The position numbers were made by a program, and so were the translations under genes. This document shows, in pieces, positions 18,654-28,013 of a DNA stretch of 64,000 bases. The notes under the pieces are model-generated. The model did not search any database, was not told the DNA's origin, and saw nothing but the letters and a program-made list of their open reading frames with translations. Source of the stretch: an uncultured archaeon. GTDB lineage: Archaea; Iainarchaeota; Iainarchaeia; Iainarchaeales; CAZILS01. The stretch lies in the NCBI GenBank assembly GCA_964540145.1, contig CAZILS010000001.1, positions 208,724-272,723 on the forward strand, written 5' to 3'. How positions within the stretch are numbered: the first letter of the stretch is position 1; every line of letters starts with the position of its first letter.

Positions 18654-19187
18654 CTACTGCTTTTTGCCCCTGTGCCTTTTCTTTTTTCTACATCCGTCGT
18701 GGGGCATCGGAGTTACGTTTTCTATTGAAAGTATCCTCATCCCTTTCCTTGTGAGAGACCTTATTGCGGCCTCTGCTCCCTGGCCCGGGGACCTTGGCCT
18801 TATCCCGCCCTGTCCCCTTACCTTGATGTGCACTGTTCCAAAGCTTCTTTCCCTTGCCTTCTCCGCGACTATTTCGGCAACTTTCATTGCGGCATAAGGG
18901 CTGCCCTCTTTATGCTGTGCCTTCACAACCCTTCCCCCCGAACACTTTGCGATTGTTTCCGCGCCTGTCATGTCGGTTAGGAGAATCATTGTGTTGTTTC
19001 GCGAAGCGTAAATATGCAATATCCCTATCTTGTCGGAATAGGCTCTCTTTGGGGCCGACCCGGCTTCCGCAACAGGGGCTTCCTTCGCCCCGGTTTTCAC
19101 AGCCTGCGCCTCCTTGGCTTTGGCGCCGCCTGCGCCCTCCGGCTTAATTGCCGCTGCTTCTTTCACGTTAGCTTCAGCTTCCTTCAT
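18654..19187 (-). CDS. rps11: ribosomal protein uS11 with Ala/Lys/Glu N-terminal extension
   Basis: GILHIYASRNNT...TD..G......SGG....A...EGSPYAA...A. Confidence 0.9.
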   Translation of the reverse strand: MKEAEANVKEAAAIKPEGAGGAKAKEAQAVKTGAKEAPVAEAGSAPKRAYSDKIGILHIYASRNNTMILLTDMTGAETIAKCSGGRVVKAQHKEGSPYAAMKVAEIVAEKARERSFGTVHIKVRGQGGIRPRSPGQGAEAAIRSLTRKGMRILSIENVTPMPHDGCRKKKRHRGKKQ

Positions 19188-19909
19188 GCTTTCACCTCTG
19201 CCTTAGGCGCCTCGGTTTTCTCTTTCACAGGCGCCGCTTCATTAGGCACCTCTGCCTTTTCCTCAACCGCCGGCTCAGCCTCTTTAGGGGCAGCAACTTT
19301 GGCTGTTGCCTCGGCGCTATCCGGGGCACTTCCGCCTTCGGCTACAGCACCCTCCGGGGCACTTCCGCCTTCGGCTACAGCAACATCATCAAACTTCTTT
19401 TTCAAGTCCTCAACCTGTTTAGGCATAAGTTCGGGAGGATTTCCAAAGTATCCGATGTTTGGTTCATCGTCCTTTGTGACAATGTAACCGGGAATGTCAA
19501 TCTTCCTGCCGTTAATTGCGATGTGCCCGTGGGTAATGAACTGCCTTGCCTGGGTTATGGTCCTTGCCAAATCTTTCCTCCAGACAATTGTCTGCAGCCT
19601 TCTCTCTAAGACCTCCTCGGCAGTCAACCCCAAAACATCATCAAGGCTCGCATCCTTCTTCAGCAAACCCATTTTATCAAGGCTTTCAAGGAGTTCTTTC
19701 GACCTTGTTCCCCTTTCTTCCGTTGAAAGCGGGAGCAAGACCCTTGCGTTATGCCTCTTTTTCCTCAATATGCCCTCGGCCCTCCTTATCTCCCTTTTGT
19801 TCCTGAGGCCGTAGGCTGCCGTAAGCTTTTCCTCCTCCCCTATCCTTTCCTTGTCCCACCTTTTTCTCGGAACAGAGTACTGCTTCCTTTTCTTTTTAGG
19901 GTCTCCCAT
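19184..19909 (-). CDS. rps4: ribosomal protein uS4 with C-terminal low-complexity extension
   Basis: MGDPKKKRKQYSVPRKRW, S4 domain RRLQTIV....LA.T...ARQFI.HGHI..NG. Confidence 0.9.
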   Translation of the reverse strand: MGDPKKKRKQYSVPRKRWDKERIGEEEKLTAAYGLRNKREIRRAEGILRKKRHNARVLLPLSTEERGTRSKELLESLDKMGLLKKDASLDDVLGLTAEEVLERRLQTIVWRKDLARTITQARQFITHGHIAINGRKIDIPGYIVTKDDEPNIGYFGNPPELMPKQVEDLKKKFDDVAVAEGGSAPEGAVAEGGSAPDSAEATAKVAAPKEAEPAVEEKAEVPNEAAPVKEKTEAPKAEVKA

Positions 19910-19918
19910 TCATCACAC

Positions 19919-20530
19919 CTATTTCTTGTTCTCCTTCTTGGAAACGCCAACTGCCTTGCCCTGTTTCCTGAAACTTGTCTTGGTTTTTTGGCCCCTCACA
20001 GTCAGGCCCCACTGCAGCCTAAGCCCCCTGTACGACTTTACCTGCCCGAGCCTCATCAAGTCGTTTCTCAGGGTAAAGTCAAGGTCGTTCATAACCAAAT
20101 GCGAACTTTTCCCTGTTGTGAAATCGTTCCTCCTGTTAAACATCCATTCCTTTATCCCGTGCTCTGCGGGGTTGCCCACAATCCCCTCCAGCACCGCGTC
20201 CTGGGTTTCCGGGATTTTTCCCATTAGCGTATCTGCGGCAGTCCCTGTTTTTGCCTCAAATGAAGCCGCCATGACATTCGCCATCCTGTTCCCAATCCCC
20301 TTAATCGACATCAGCGACCTTGCAATCGGCAGCGTTCCATCAAGATCCTTATTTGCGACCCTGACAATGTACCTTATGTCCTGGCCCTTGAACTTCGCCT
20401 TCTTCTTTTCAAGCTTTTCGGCGTCCGCCTTCTTCCGCGCATCCACCCTTGCGACCTTCGCGGCATCCGCCCTCATCTGTTCCTTGTCGCCTGCCTTTCT
20501 TTCCTTTTTGCCTTGTTTCTTGTTCGCCAT
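19919..20530 (-). CDS. rps13: ribosomal protein uS13 with Lys-rich N-terminal extension
   Basis: IVRVANKDLDG......L..IKGIG...A....YRG.R...GL.VRGQ.TKT. Confidence 0.9.
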   Translation of the reverse strand: MANKKQGKKERKAGDKEQMRADAAKVARVDARKKADAEKLEKKKAKFKGQDIRYIVRVANKDLDGTLPIARSLMSIKGIGNRMANVMAASFEAKTGTAADTLMGKIPETQDAVLEGIVGNPAEHGIKEWMFNRRNDFTTGKSSHLVMNDLDFTLRNDLMRLGQVKSYRGLRLQWGLTVRGQKTKTSFRKQGKAVGVSKKENKK

Positions 20531-20533
20531 TTA

Positions 20534-20710
20534 TTATCCCTTCTTCGTCTCCTTCGTTGGGAAGATGTGCTTTAGGCTGCACTTCTTCTTTTTCACCGAA
20601 TCTCCTTCAACCGTAACGAAATCCTTTCCCACCTCTTCAATCACAACTTTCTTTCCCGCATCTCTTCCCTGCGTGATAACGCAAACCCTGCCTTTCTCAA
20701 GAAGCGCCAT
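20534..20710 (-). CDS. rpl14e: ribosomal protein eL14 (58 aa, below the ORF-track cutoff)
   Basis: Hand translation: MALLEKGRVCVITQGRDAGKKVVIEEVGKDFVTVEGDSVKKKKCSLKHIFPTKETKKG. KOW-like GR.CV...GR.AG.K motif. ATG shares 1 nt with the L34e stop. Confidence 0.8.
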   Translation of the reverse strand: MALLEKGRVCVITQGRDAGKKVVIEEVGKDFVTVEGDSVKKKKCSLKHIFPTKETKKG

Positions 20711-21039
20711 TATGCCACCGCCTTTTCAGCCTGCAGAACATACGGCTTCTGCTTCAGGCCGACCTCCTCAAGTTTCTTTACCCCGAGATTAACCTTAACC
20801 GCCTCCACAATGACCGATTTCCTGCACTTTGTGCAAAGAACCCCCCCAAAAATAACCTCGGGCCTTCTCTTGCTCTTCGCAAGCTTCCTGACCCCTGTCT
20901 TGTTCTTTCCGTGGGGAACGCCGTGGAGAATGCCTTCACAGAGCGCGCAAGTTTGCTTGCTTGTTTTCTTCCTGTCCTTCTGCACAGAGACCTTGCCTCC
21001 GCAGGTTCTCCTGTACTTAACCTTTTTCCTGTCACTCAT
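20710..21039 (-). CDS. rpl34e: ribosomal protein eL34
   Basis: C.LCEG.L.GVP... and GG.LC..C zinc-ribbon pattern. The track start 21057 is TTG; ATG at 21039. Confidence 0.85.
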   Translation of the reverse strand: MSDRKKVKYRRTCGGKVSVQKDRKKTSKQTCALCEGILHGVPHGKNKTGVRKLAKSKRRPEVIFGGVLCTKCRKSVIVEAVKVNLGVKKLEEVGLKQKPYVLQAEKAVA

Positions 21040-21511
21040 TTTCTTTCCTCTTTTCAATTGCGTTAATTATCCCGTTTATCACAAGACTGAACACCAACGA
21101 ACAAACGAAATACCATCCCACGAAGTTCGTGCTGCTGACGAGCGTAATGAAGAACTCCCCGCCGAACCACGGCAAAGGAACCGGAAGCGGGAACTCGAAG
21201 TTTCCGTACACCCCTCCCAAGAACCAAAAGGTCGGAAGGAATACAACCATTGAAACAAGCATGAGCTTGTTCGTGCCCTTCATCATAAGCGCCATTCCTT
21301 CCATCATCTCTCCCTGAAGCCTCTCAAGCTCCTTTTTGGATTTCGCATCTTCCTTCTTCATAAGCTCCTTTATCTTTGCCTGCTTGTCTTTCATGCCTTT
21401 TTGCATTTTCTTTATGTTCTTCTGGTCGGTGAGCACTCTCCGCATTACTTGTGAAAGCAGCGAAAGAACAACCGCAACCAATGCAATGTCTATATGCGGG
21501 CTAAACAACAT
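21032..21511 (-). CDS. DUF106/EMC3-TMCO1-like membrane protein (archaeal YidC/Oxa1-like insertase)
   Basis: TM1, then a Lys-rich coiled region (KKMQKGMKDKQAKIKELMKK), then 2 TMs. Conserved position downstream of secY. Confidence 0.7.
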   Translation of the reverse strand: MLFSPHIDIALVAVVLSLLSQVMRRVLTDQKNIKKMQKGMKDKQAKIKELMKKEDAKSKKELERLQGEMMEGMALMMKGTNKLMLVSMVVFLPTFWFLGGVYGNFEFPLPVPLPWFGGEFFITLVSSTNFVGWYFVCSLVFSLVINGIINAIEKRKENE

Positions 21512-21593
21512 CAAACACCGCCCCCTGAGGCTAAAAAGAGCGTATTCATGGGGATATTACTAATTACGCTACCGAAAGCTTTAAATGCCTCTC

Positions 21594-23021
21594 TCATGCG
21601 AGCAACCTCCCCAAAACAGGATGCATCTCGGCAAGCTGATACCTTGCAAGCTCCTCGTACAGCCTGTAAACAATTCCAACTGTCAGCAGTATCCCGGTTC
21701 CGGACCCAAGCGCCCCTGTAAGGTCCGCAAACCCCGCAAGCAAGCCGACGAAAGCAGAGCCCAAAATAGTTATTGGGGGAATGTACCTCTCAAGAACTTT
21801 CTGCACTACTCTGGGATCCCGCCTGAAACCGGGGATGTACATCCCGGACTTTTGCAGCTGTGCGGAAACAGCTTCAGGACCCTGCCCCGCCATGTCCACC
21901 CAGAATTTTCCGAATATCACGCAGGTAACCACCAGGATAAATACGTATAAGAACGCATGAATTAGCTCGCCGCCCAAGCCTATAATCTGGAAAGACATTA
22001 TGCTCTGAGCCATTTCCCCCAGGACTTCCATAGGGTTGATATATGCAAGCTGCGAAAGTATCTTTTCCCTCAGGCCATACGGGGCAATAACAATTGCCGC
22101 CAGCTTCTGCAGTATCACCCCCAGTATAGGTACCTCCTTTGTCAGAGTAGCCCATAAATGTATATTTGCAAAGAGCGCCGCAGCCAAAATAACCGGTATG
22201 TTTGAAACGTAAAGGAACTTGACAGGGAATCTCCCCCCGGTTCCCTTTCTCCCCATGGTTATCGGTATGTTCACGTGCATCCCCTCGGCAAATACAACCA
22301 CAAAGAAAACAACAAGCGTGAAAAATATCGGGAGCATGTAGAGGTTCAGTGCGTTAAGCAATCCATGCCCGGCCTCCTGGAAAAACACGAAGAGCAAACC
22401 GCTTCCGTGCGAAGGGTCAAGAGCCCCCGCCATTGTCAAAGGGTTGAATATCCTCCAGAACACGGAGCCTGCAACCCCCCCTGCAATGAACAGCCCTATT
22501 CCCGAGCCTATTCCGTATTTCGAAACAACCTCGTCGAGGTAGAGCAGCACTATTGCGCCCAATGCAATCTGCATTACGACCCAAACAATCATTCCCGGTT
22601 CAGGGGTGACAAACCCTGTGAAAACATAGACAAGGGATTCGAAAAAACAAAGCACAATTGCGAAAAGCTTTTGCATCCCGGAAAATCGGGCCTTATCCGC
22701 AGGGTTGCTCAAATCAATATTTAGGAACCCGCTCCCGACCATAAGCTGCAGAATGATAGACGCAAGCACGATCGGCCCGATACCCACCGTCAAAAGCGTT
22801 CCTATACTGCTTGCAAGTATAAGCTGGAGCTGCTCAAGCTGCCCTGAGCTGCTTGCCGAAAGCCCTATGACCTGCACGCTTCCCATGGCAAAGAACACCA
22901 CAAGCGCGAGCGCAGTCCACATCAGCCTTGTTTTGAGCACAGGCTTGGCCTCGGGCATCTTTACCTCCGGCAACCTGGAATAAATCGGCTCAAAAAACTC
23001 AAGGACTCCCATCAAAATCAC
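21594..23021 (-). CDS. secY: preprotein translocase subunit SecY
   Basis: 10-TM profile with the characteristic GIGSGI.LFI and GGRFPVKFLYVSNIPVILA segments. Start is GTG 23021 (GTGA overlap with L15) or ATG 23012. Confidence 0.92.
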   Translation of the reverse strand: MILMGVLEFFEPIYSRLPEVKMPEAKPVLKTRLMWTALALVVFFAMGSVQVIGLSASSSGQLEQLQLILASSIGTLLTVGIGPIVLASIILQLMVGSGFLNIDLSNPADKARFSGMQKLFAIVLCFFESLVYVFTGFVTPEPGMIVWVVMQIALGAIVLLYLDEVVSKYGIGSGIGLFIAGGVAGSVFWRIFNPLTMAGALDPSHGSGLLFVFFQEAGHGLLNALNLYMLPIFFTLVVFFVVVFAEGMHVNIPITMGRKGTGGRFPVKFLYVSNIPVILAAALFANIHLWATLTKEVPILGVILQKLAAIVIAPYGLREKILSQLAYINPMEVLGEMAQSIMSFQIIGLGGELIHAFLYVFILVVTCVIFGKFWVDMAGQGPEAVSAQLQKSGMYIPGFRRDPRVVQKVLERYIPPITILGSAFVGLLAGFADLTGALGSGTGILLTVGIVYRLYEELARYQLAEMHPVLGRLLA

Positions 23022-23560
23022 TCTTTAGTTTTCTCCCCCTCAGCTTGCTCAGCTTGCTGAGCTTTTGGAGGGGCTTCTTCTGCATTTCCCCCCGCTTCCG
23101 GGGCCTCGGTTTCCGCCTCGGCACCCCCTGCCTTCAATCCGGCCGGAACATCAACGCTGCCGCCTTTAGCCTCTATTTTCCCAACAGCATTCTTGCTCAC
23201 ACTCATGCCTGTTACTTCAAGCTTCATGTCAACATCCCCTCTTCCGAGGAGCTTGCCATAACCTATCTTGTCCCCATCGATAAGATAGGCCGTGCCTTTT
23301 TTCTCAATAAGGCCTTTTTCCTCAAGCGCAGGCATCATGTCCACCAGGTCCGCAAGGTTCAAAGCCTTTGGCATCCCTTTTGTTTTAAGCCTGACTTTGC
23401 CCCCAAACTCAACGTAATATTTGCTGTACTTGTGCTTGTCGCTTCCGGCCATGCCCCTGCCGCCCCTGCAGCCCGCTCCTCTTCTGTTTTTGGTATTTCC
23501 TTTACCGTGAGTGCGGTGGCCGCGAACCTTATTTTTTTTCCTTACCCTTCTCACAACCAT
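23018..23560 (-). CDS. rpl15: ribosomal protein uL15 with acidic/Ala C-terminal tail
   Basis: KVRGHRTHGKGNTKNRRGAGCRGGRG. Confidence 0.9.
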   Translation of the reverse strand: MVVRRVRKKNKVRGHRTHGKGNTKNRRGAGCRGGRGMAGSDKHKYSKYYVEFGGKVRLKTKGMPKALNLADLVDMMPALEEKGLIEKKGTAYLIDGDKIGYGKLLGRGDVDMKLEVTGMSVSKNAVGKIEAKGGSVDVPAGLKAGGAEAETEAPEAGGNAEEAPPKAQQAEQAEGEKTKE

Positions 23561-23568
23561 GCAAACAC

Positions 23569-24030
23569 CTACGCCATCCTCGAGATAAGCTTATTGATTT
23601 CTGTTCCCCTGTATCCGAGGGCCCCGCCAATCTTGACGTTCTTCTTTATTCCCCCTCTCTCGTAGCCCTTTTTTGGCGGACCAAGCCTGAAAACCGGCTT
23701 AATGCCAAGGTCCGCAATCTTCACATCCTCGGAAAGTATTTTGTCGGCCATTTCCTTGAAATCCTTGAAGCCCCTTTCTTTAAGGAAAGCATCATCGAGC
23801 CTTTTGTTGCCCGGAAGCCTTCCCCTTTTTTTAAGGAGTTTCGCAAATGCATCTCCATCAAGCTCCCCAAATGTCGCATATGAAGAAATCCTTGAGAGCC
23901 TCTTCATATTCTCCTCACTCTTCGGCAGGAGTGAAAGATGATTAACGCTGTGAAGCCTCAGAAGCTTAAGTGCCGCCTTATTTTCCGGCTTTAGGTTGAC
24001 TTCGCCCCTTACCCTAATAATTGCAAGCAT
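23569..24030 (-). CDS. rpl30: ribosomal protein uL30
   Basis: LAIIRVRG......K..L..LRL.. pattern, in the expected position. Confidence 0.88.
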   Translation of the reverse strand: MLAIIRVRGEVNLKPENKAALKLLRLHSVNHLSLLPKSEENMKRLSRISSYATFGELDGDAFAKLLKKRGRLPGNKRLDDAFLKERGFKDFKEMADKILSEDVKIADLGIKPVFRLGPPKKGYERGGIKKNVKIGGALGYRGTEINKLISRMA

Positions 24031-24034
24031 CCAT

Positions 24035-24742
24035 TCACCCCTTCAATGTCCGTTTAAGGTCGTCTGAGACCTTCATTTTGGTTGTCTTTGACAGTGCGTC
24101 TATCGCGGCCGTCACAAAGTTCAGTGTGGTTGATGTGTTGCCCTTTGTTTTTGACCAGACATCCTGCACGCCCACAAACCTCAAAACTTCCTTTATGTGG
24201 TCCCCAACAACAAGGCCGGTTCCCCTTGGCGCGGGAAGGAGAGTTACCTCAATGCTCCCCGAGTTGCCTGTTATCTTGAACGGCACAGAGTGCGCACTTC
24301 CGCAGCCGCACTCCCAGCTTCCGCATCCCTTTCGGATGCCAACAAGATTAAGCTTTGCTTTTTTGGTTGCCTTGTTGATTGCAGGCCATTTTTCAGTATC
24401 CTTTGCGGTTCCCAATCCGATATACTTGTTCTTATCCCCCACAATAACACTTGCCCTGAACTGGAACATCCTTCCGGCTCTCCTCACCTTTGCGGTCTTG
24501 GTGAAATCAACGAGTTTATCCTCCAACTCGGGAATAAGCTTGTCAACAATCTCTGTTTCCTTTATCTTCTGCCCGGTTTTCATTATGTCGGCTATCGATT
24601 CAATCTCCCCGCCCATAACCTTTTTGCCCAGCTCGGTCTTAGGCACCCATTCCTCCAGTGCTGTTTCCCTGTCGGTCCGCCTTTTCTCAATCTTCGCTTC
24701 TGCTATTTCTTCCGCACTCTGTTTTCTCCTTCGCCCATTCAT
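24035..24742 (-). CDS. rps5: ribosomal protein uS5
   Basis: W.PKT.LG..V..G.I......VGD.NGY.GLG..KA...A..KA; APRGTGLV. Confidence 0.9.
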   Translation of the reverse strand: MNGRRRKQSAEEIAEAKIEKRRTDRETALEEWVPKTELGKKVMGGEIESIADIMKTGQKIKETEIVDKLIPELEDKLVDFTKTAKVRRAGRMFQFRASVIVGDKNKYIGLGTAKDTEKWPAINKATKKAKLNLVGIRKGCGSWECGCGSAHSVPFKITGNSGSIEVTLLPAPRGTGLVVGDHIKEVLRFVGVQDVWSKTKGNTSTTLNFVTAAIDALSKTTKMKVSDDLKRTLKG

Positions 24743-25329
24743 TTGGAATCACCGTACTTCTTTTTTATAGCTGATTTAACTTCCTCGAAGTGTTCCCCTG
24801 CCTTTGCGGGGTCAATTCCCGCTTTAACGTAATTTGAGAACTTCTTCTCGAGCTCTTCTTTTGAAAGCTTTGCCGCATATTCCCCTATGTGCTTCCCGCT
24901 AATCCTGTCCTCTCCCGGGAGCACCTCTTCACCGTGTTTTATCTCCATTCCCGCATCTACCGCACCTTTCAACGCTGCGAAAATCTTGGAGCCACGGACG
25001 GGGGTGGTTAGGCCGATATCGAGAACAGCCTCTTTAACGCCTGCTTTGACCGACTTCTTTGCGCAAAGCATTCCTGTCAAATAGGCCGCGGGTATGTTGC
25101 CTTTATGCATCTTCCAGCCGAACTCCTTGAGCTCGGTTGAATGGGCGGCCGCAACAAGCGCATCTCCCCCGATATTGTAATCCATAACCTGCACAACCAT
25201 GTTGTTCAGGGACTTCCTGACAACAAGCCTTGCCAGCCCGCCCTTAAGGAGCGCCAGCCGCTTTTTGAAATTTGTTTTTTCTTCCCTTCTGCGCCTGAAA
25301 GGCATCTCAAATGTCTTGCTAAGTCTCAT
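24739..25329 (-). CDS. rpl18: ribosomal protein uL18
   Basis: RRRREEKTNFKKRL.LL....RLVVRKS.N....Q. Confidence 0.9.
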   Translation of the reverse strand: MRLSKTFEMPFRRRREEKTNFKKRLALLKGGLARLVVRKSLNNMVVQVMDYNIGGDALVAAAHSTELKEFGWKMHKGNIPAAYLTGMLCAKKSVKAGVKEAVLDIGLTTPVRGSKIFAALKGAVDAGMEIKHGEEVLPGEDRISGKHIGEYAAKLSKEELEKKFSNYVKAGIDPAKAGEHFEEVKSAIKKKYGDSK

Positions 25330-25334
25330 CTCAA

Positions 25335-25784
25335 TTACCTCTTTTTCTCCTTGGCGAGTGCCTCAACATATTTCTTTCCTTTGTAAAGTCCGCCCTTTAT
25401 CCTCTTGTAGGCTGTGCCATATGGAATCTTCAGCTCGGTTCCCTCGTCCTTAAGTTTCTTAAGTACCTTCCTCTGTGCCCTGACAGCCCTTATCCACTTT
25501 GTCTTCTTGTCGGTTCTCGCATTGATTTTACCTTTCCTCTTTCCGCGCCCGCTTTTCCTTCCTTTTTTCTTTTTTTCGCTGAGAACCCTTGCCCTGCCCC
25601 TTGAAGTTCCTGCCGCAAGCTTCTTTTTGACCGCCCCTTCTCCAATAAGGGTTGTGACATCCTCTTTTGTCATTGCGCCCTTAATCTTTTCGGACTGGGC
25701 GCTATCCAGATATACTTTATTCTCCCCGACTCCCAAGACCCGGGAAGCGATTCTCTTAACGGTTGCCGATTTCAATTTTTTCAC
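25335..25784 (-). CDS. rpl19e: ribosomal protein eL19
   Basis: RIASRVLGVGENKV..D......I..A.T.EDV. GTG start, GTGA overlap with L32e. Confidence 0.88.
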   Translation of the reverse strand: MKKLKSATVKRIASRVLGVGENKVYLDSAQSEKIKGAMTKEDVTTLIGEGAVKKKLAAGTSRGRARVLSEKKKKGRKSGRGKRKGKINARTDKKTKWIRAVRAQRKVLKKLKDEGTELKIPYGTAYKRIKGGLYKGKKYVEALAKEKKR

Positions 25785-26314
25785 CTGTTAATAATCTTTA
25801 ATCCCTTTTTTTCCGCTGCGTCCACAATGAGCAGTTTTTTTCTCCTTCCCACAGTGGAGCCTATCCTAACAGCAATACTCTGGCCATTCAAATTTCCTAT
25901 GTCTGAAAGCGAGTTGACAAGCGCTTCAGGATATCCGCTTGGGTGCAAATCCCTGATATCCTTCCTTGTCCTGTATCCTGTTTTTGGATATGCCCCGTCT
26001 TCCTGGTTCAGCTTAATGTCAATGCCCCTTGGAACCCTCCACTTGTTCCACTTGGCTTTCTTAATTTTCCTCTTCATTCTGCAGCCAAACCTTCCCCTGA
26101 ATACAGGGTGCAACTTGGCCTTAATCTTGCCCTTCTTTTTGGCAGCCGCCTTGTCGGCATCGCTTTTAATTTTCTTCCCGGTTTTCTCCGGGGTTTCCTT
26201 CTTTTCCCCCGGGGTTTCGGTTTTTTTAGGTTTCCCCTTAAGTTTCACTGCCGCCTTTTTGGAAGGGGCTTTCTTAGCGGCCTTCCCCCCGGGATTCGCT
26301 GTTGCCTTCTTCAT
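25781..26314 (-). CDS. rpl32e: ribosomal protein eL32 with Lys/Ala-rich N-terminal extension
   Basis: KWNKWRVPRGIDIK......P..GYR......HPSGY. The upstream part of the track ORF (to 26434) overlaps L6; ATG at 26314 chosen, GTG at 26347 is possible. Confidence 0.82.
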   Translation of the reverse strand: MKKATANPGGKAAKKAPSKKAAVKLKGKPKKTETPGEKKETPEKTGKKIKSDADKAAAKKKGKIKAKLHPVFRGRFGCRMKRKIKKAKWNKWRVPRGIDIKLNQEDGAYPKTGYRTRKDIRDLHPSGYPEALVNSLSDIGNLNGQSIAVRIGSTVGRRKKLLIVDAAEKKGLKIINR

Positions 26315-26339
26315 AGGCTTAACTGTTTTTTTCTTTGCT

Positions 26340-26936
26340 TCAGCCACTTTTCTCGCCTCCCCCTGCAGGCCCTGCCGCCACCGCTTTCTCGGCAGGCTCG
26401 TTTTCGAAGCCCGCCTCAACAAGATAAATTCCATCCTGGAAAATCCTTCTGTCCCTTCCTTTTATGGTTGTCGCCTGCTCAAGATTTGCGCAGGTCTGCC
26501 CAACAGCGCATTTATCGGCGCCGGTAACCACAATTTCTTTGCCCTTTGCCGCCACTTTGGCTCCGGCCACAACCGTAATTTTCTTAGGCCTTTTCTCTCC
26601 GGCAAGATTGCTTACCTCGACGCTTTCTTCCCCCACAGTAACGTTTATCGGGAAGTGCGAATAAACAATTTCCATCCTGTACTTGTAACCATACTGCAAA
26701 CCCTTAATCATATTTTCTATCTGCGAGTTAACCGCATTGACAATTGCGTTTGCTTTCCTGCTCCTGTTCTTCGCGGTGATTGTTACCTTGCCTTCGCCGA
26801 TGACCATGTTTATCTCTTTCCTGGGGAAGTTCTTCTTGACATCTTTGTCCCCCATGGTTGCCTTCACTTCTTTACCCTTAACCTCAATTGTAATTCCCTG
26901 CGGGACTTCGATTTCCTTGAATCTCATTTCGTTCAT
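26340..26936 (-). CDS. rpl6: ribosomal protein uL6
   Basis: Two-domain L6 pattern: VP.G....V.G..V...G; Y.HFPI. Confidence 0.9.
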   Translation of the reverse strand: MNEMRFKEIEVPQGITIEVKGKEVKATMGDKDVKKNFPRKEINMVIGEGKVTITAKNRSRKANAIVNAVNSQIENMIKGLQYGYKYRMEIVYSHFPINVTVGEESVEVSNLAGEKRPKKITVVAGAKVAAKGKEIVVTGADKCAVGQTCANLEQATTIKGRDRRIFQDGIYLVEAGFENEPAEKAVAAGPAGGGEKSG

Positions 26937-26946
26937 TTTACTTCCC

Positions 26947-27339
26947 TCAGTATATGAAAGCCAACAGCCTTCCCCCTATTTTTTTCTCCCTTGCTTCCCG
27001 GTGGGTCATTACGCCCTGCGAGGTCGAAACTATAAGCATTCCGATGTCCCTTGAAGGCAAATACCGTTTCTCAAATTTCTCGAACTCATTCCTCTTCAAA
27101 GCATACCTTGGCTTTATTGCCTTGCACTTGTTAATCTTTCCAAGCAGGAGTATCTTGAATATCCCTTCCCGGCCGTCGTCAATGAGCTCATAAGTCCCTA
27201 TGTATCCCTTGACCTGCATAACCCCGAGTATCTCACCGAACAGCTTTGAGGCCGGCCTAATCATGCATTCCTTCCTGGATGCTGTCTCGTGGTTTTTTAT
27301 GTTTATTAACGCATCTGCTATCGGGTCTACCAAGCTCAT
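26947..27339 (-). CDS. rps8: ribosomal protein uS8
   Basis: [13 protein letters not shown]......C.I.PASK....IL..M...GYI. Confidence 0.9.
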   Translation of the reverse strand: MSLVDPIADALINIKNHETASRKECMIRPASKLFGEILGVMQVKGYIGTYELIDDGREGIFKILLLGKINKCKAIKPRYALKRNEFEKFEKRYLPSRDIGMLIVSTSQGVMTHREAREKKIGGRLLAFIY

Positions 27340-27348
27340 CTTAACACC

Positions 27349-27501
27349 TCACTCATATTTCCTGAATCCAATTTTTTCCGCAGATTCCTTAAAGCATCTC
27401 CTGCAAAGGTAAAGGTTGTACTTCCTGATGAGACCGTCCTTGCAGCCGCACGCCCTGCACATCCTCGCCTGCTTCTTCTCTTTCAACGTAGCCTCAGTCA
27501 T
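27349..27501 (-). CDS. rps14: ribosomal protein uS14 (zinc-type, 50 aa, below the ORF-track cutoff)
   Basis: Hand translation: MTEATLKEKKQARMCRACGCKDGLIRKYNLYLCRRCFKESAEKIGFRKYE. ATGA overlap with the L5 stop. Confidence 0.88.
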   Translation of the reverse strand: MTEATLKEKKQARMCRACGCKDGLIRKYNLYLCRRCFKESAEKIGFRKYE

Positions 27502-28013
27502 TTTACCACAACCCCAAATTTTTCGGAAACAAACTCAACTGCCTCTTCTTTATTTACCCTGTGCCCCATTGGAATCTTCTTTTTCCTTACTTTCCTAGCC
27601 TTAAGCCTGAATCCGGGCCTCTTAAGAGTAACAAGGACATCCATCCCCCTTATCCCGAGGGAAGGGTCGTACTTTGTTCCGGGCATATCGATGTACTCCT
27701 TTATCCCGAATCCAAAATTTCCCGCGGTGTCAAAGTTCTTTTTCTTAAGTGTCTTTTCCTTCGCAACAAATGCCTTCTGAAGGAAGTCGTTTGCCTTCTT
27801 GCCCCTCAATGTTACCTTTGCGCCTATGGGCAAGCCTTCCCTGATTCCCCAGGCAGGCTGCTTTACTTTACACGAGGTCGCCACCGGCTTGCTCCCCGTA
27901 ACAATCCCAATAATCTTCATGCCCTTATTCAGCTCCTCGCCGGTCTGGCCCACCCCCATGTTTACGGTGACCTTTTCGACCGTGATTTCGCGCATAGGGT
28001 TTTCGTTTTCCAT
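27498..28013 (-). CDS. rpl5: ribosomal protein uL5
   Basis: NPMREI.VEKVTVNMGVG; FGFGI.E. Confidence 0.9.
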   Translation of the reverse strand: MENENPMREITVEKVTVNMGVGQTGEELNKGMKIIGIVTGSKPVATSCKVKQPAWGIREGLPIGAKVTLRGKKANDFLQKAFVAKEKTLKKKNFDTAGNFGFGIKEYIDMPGTKYDPSLGIRGMDVLVTLKRPGFRLKARKVRKKKIPMGHRVNKEEAVEFVSEKFGVVVK

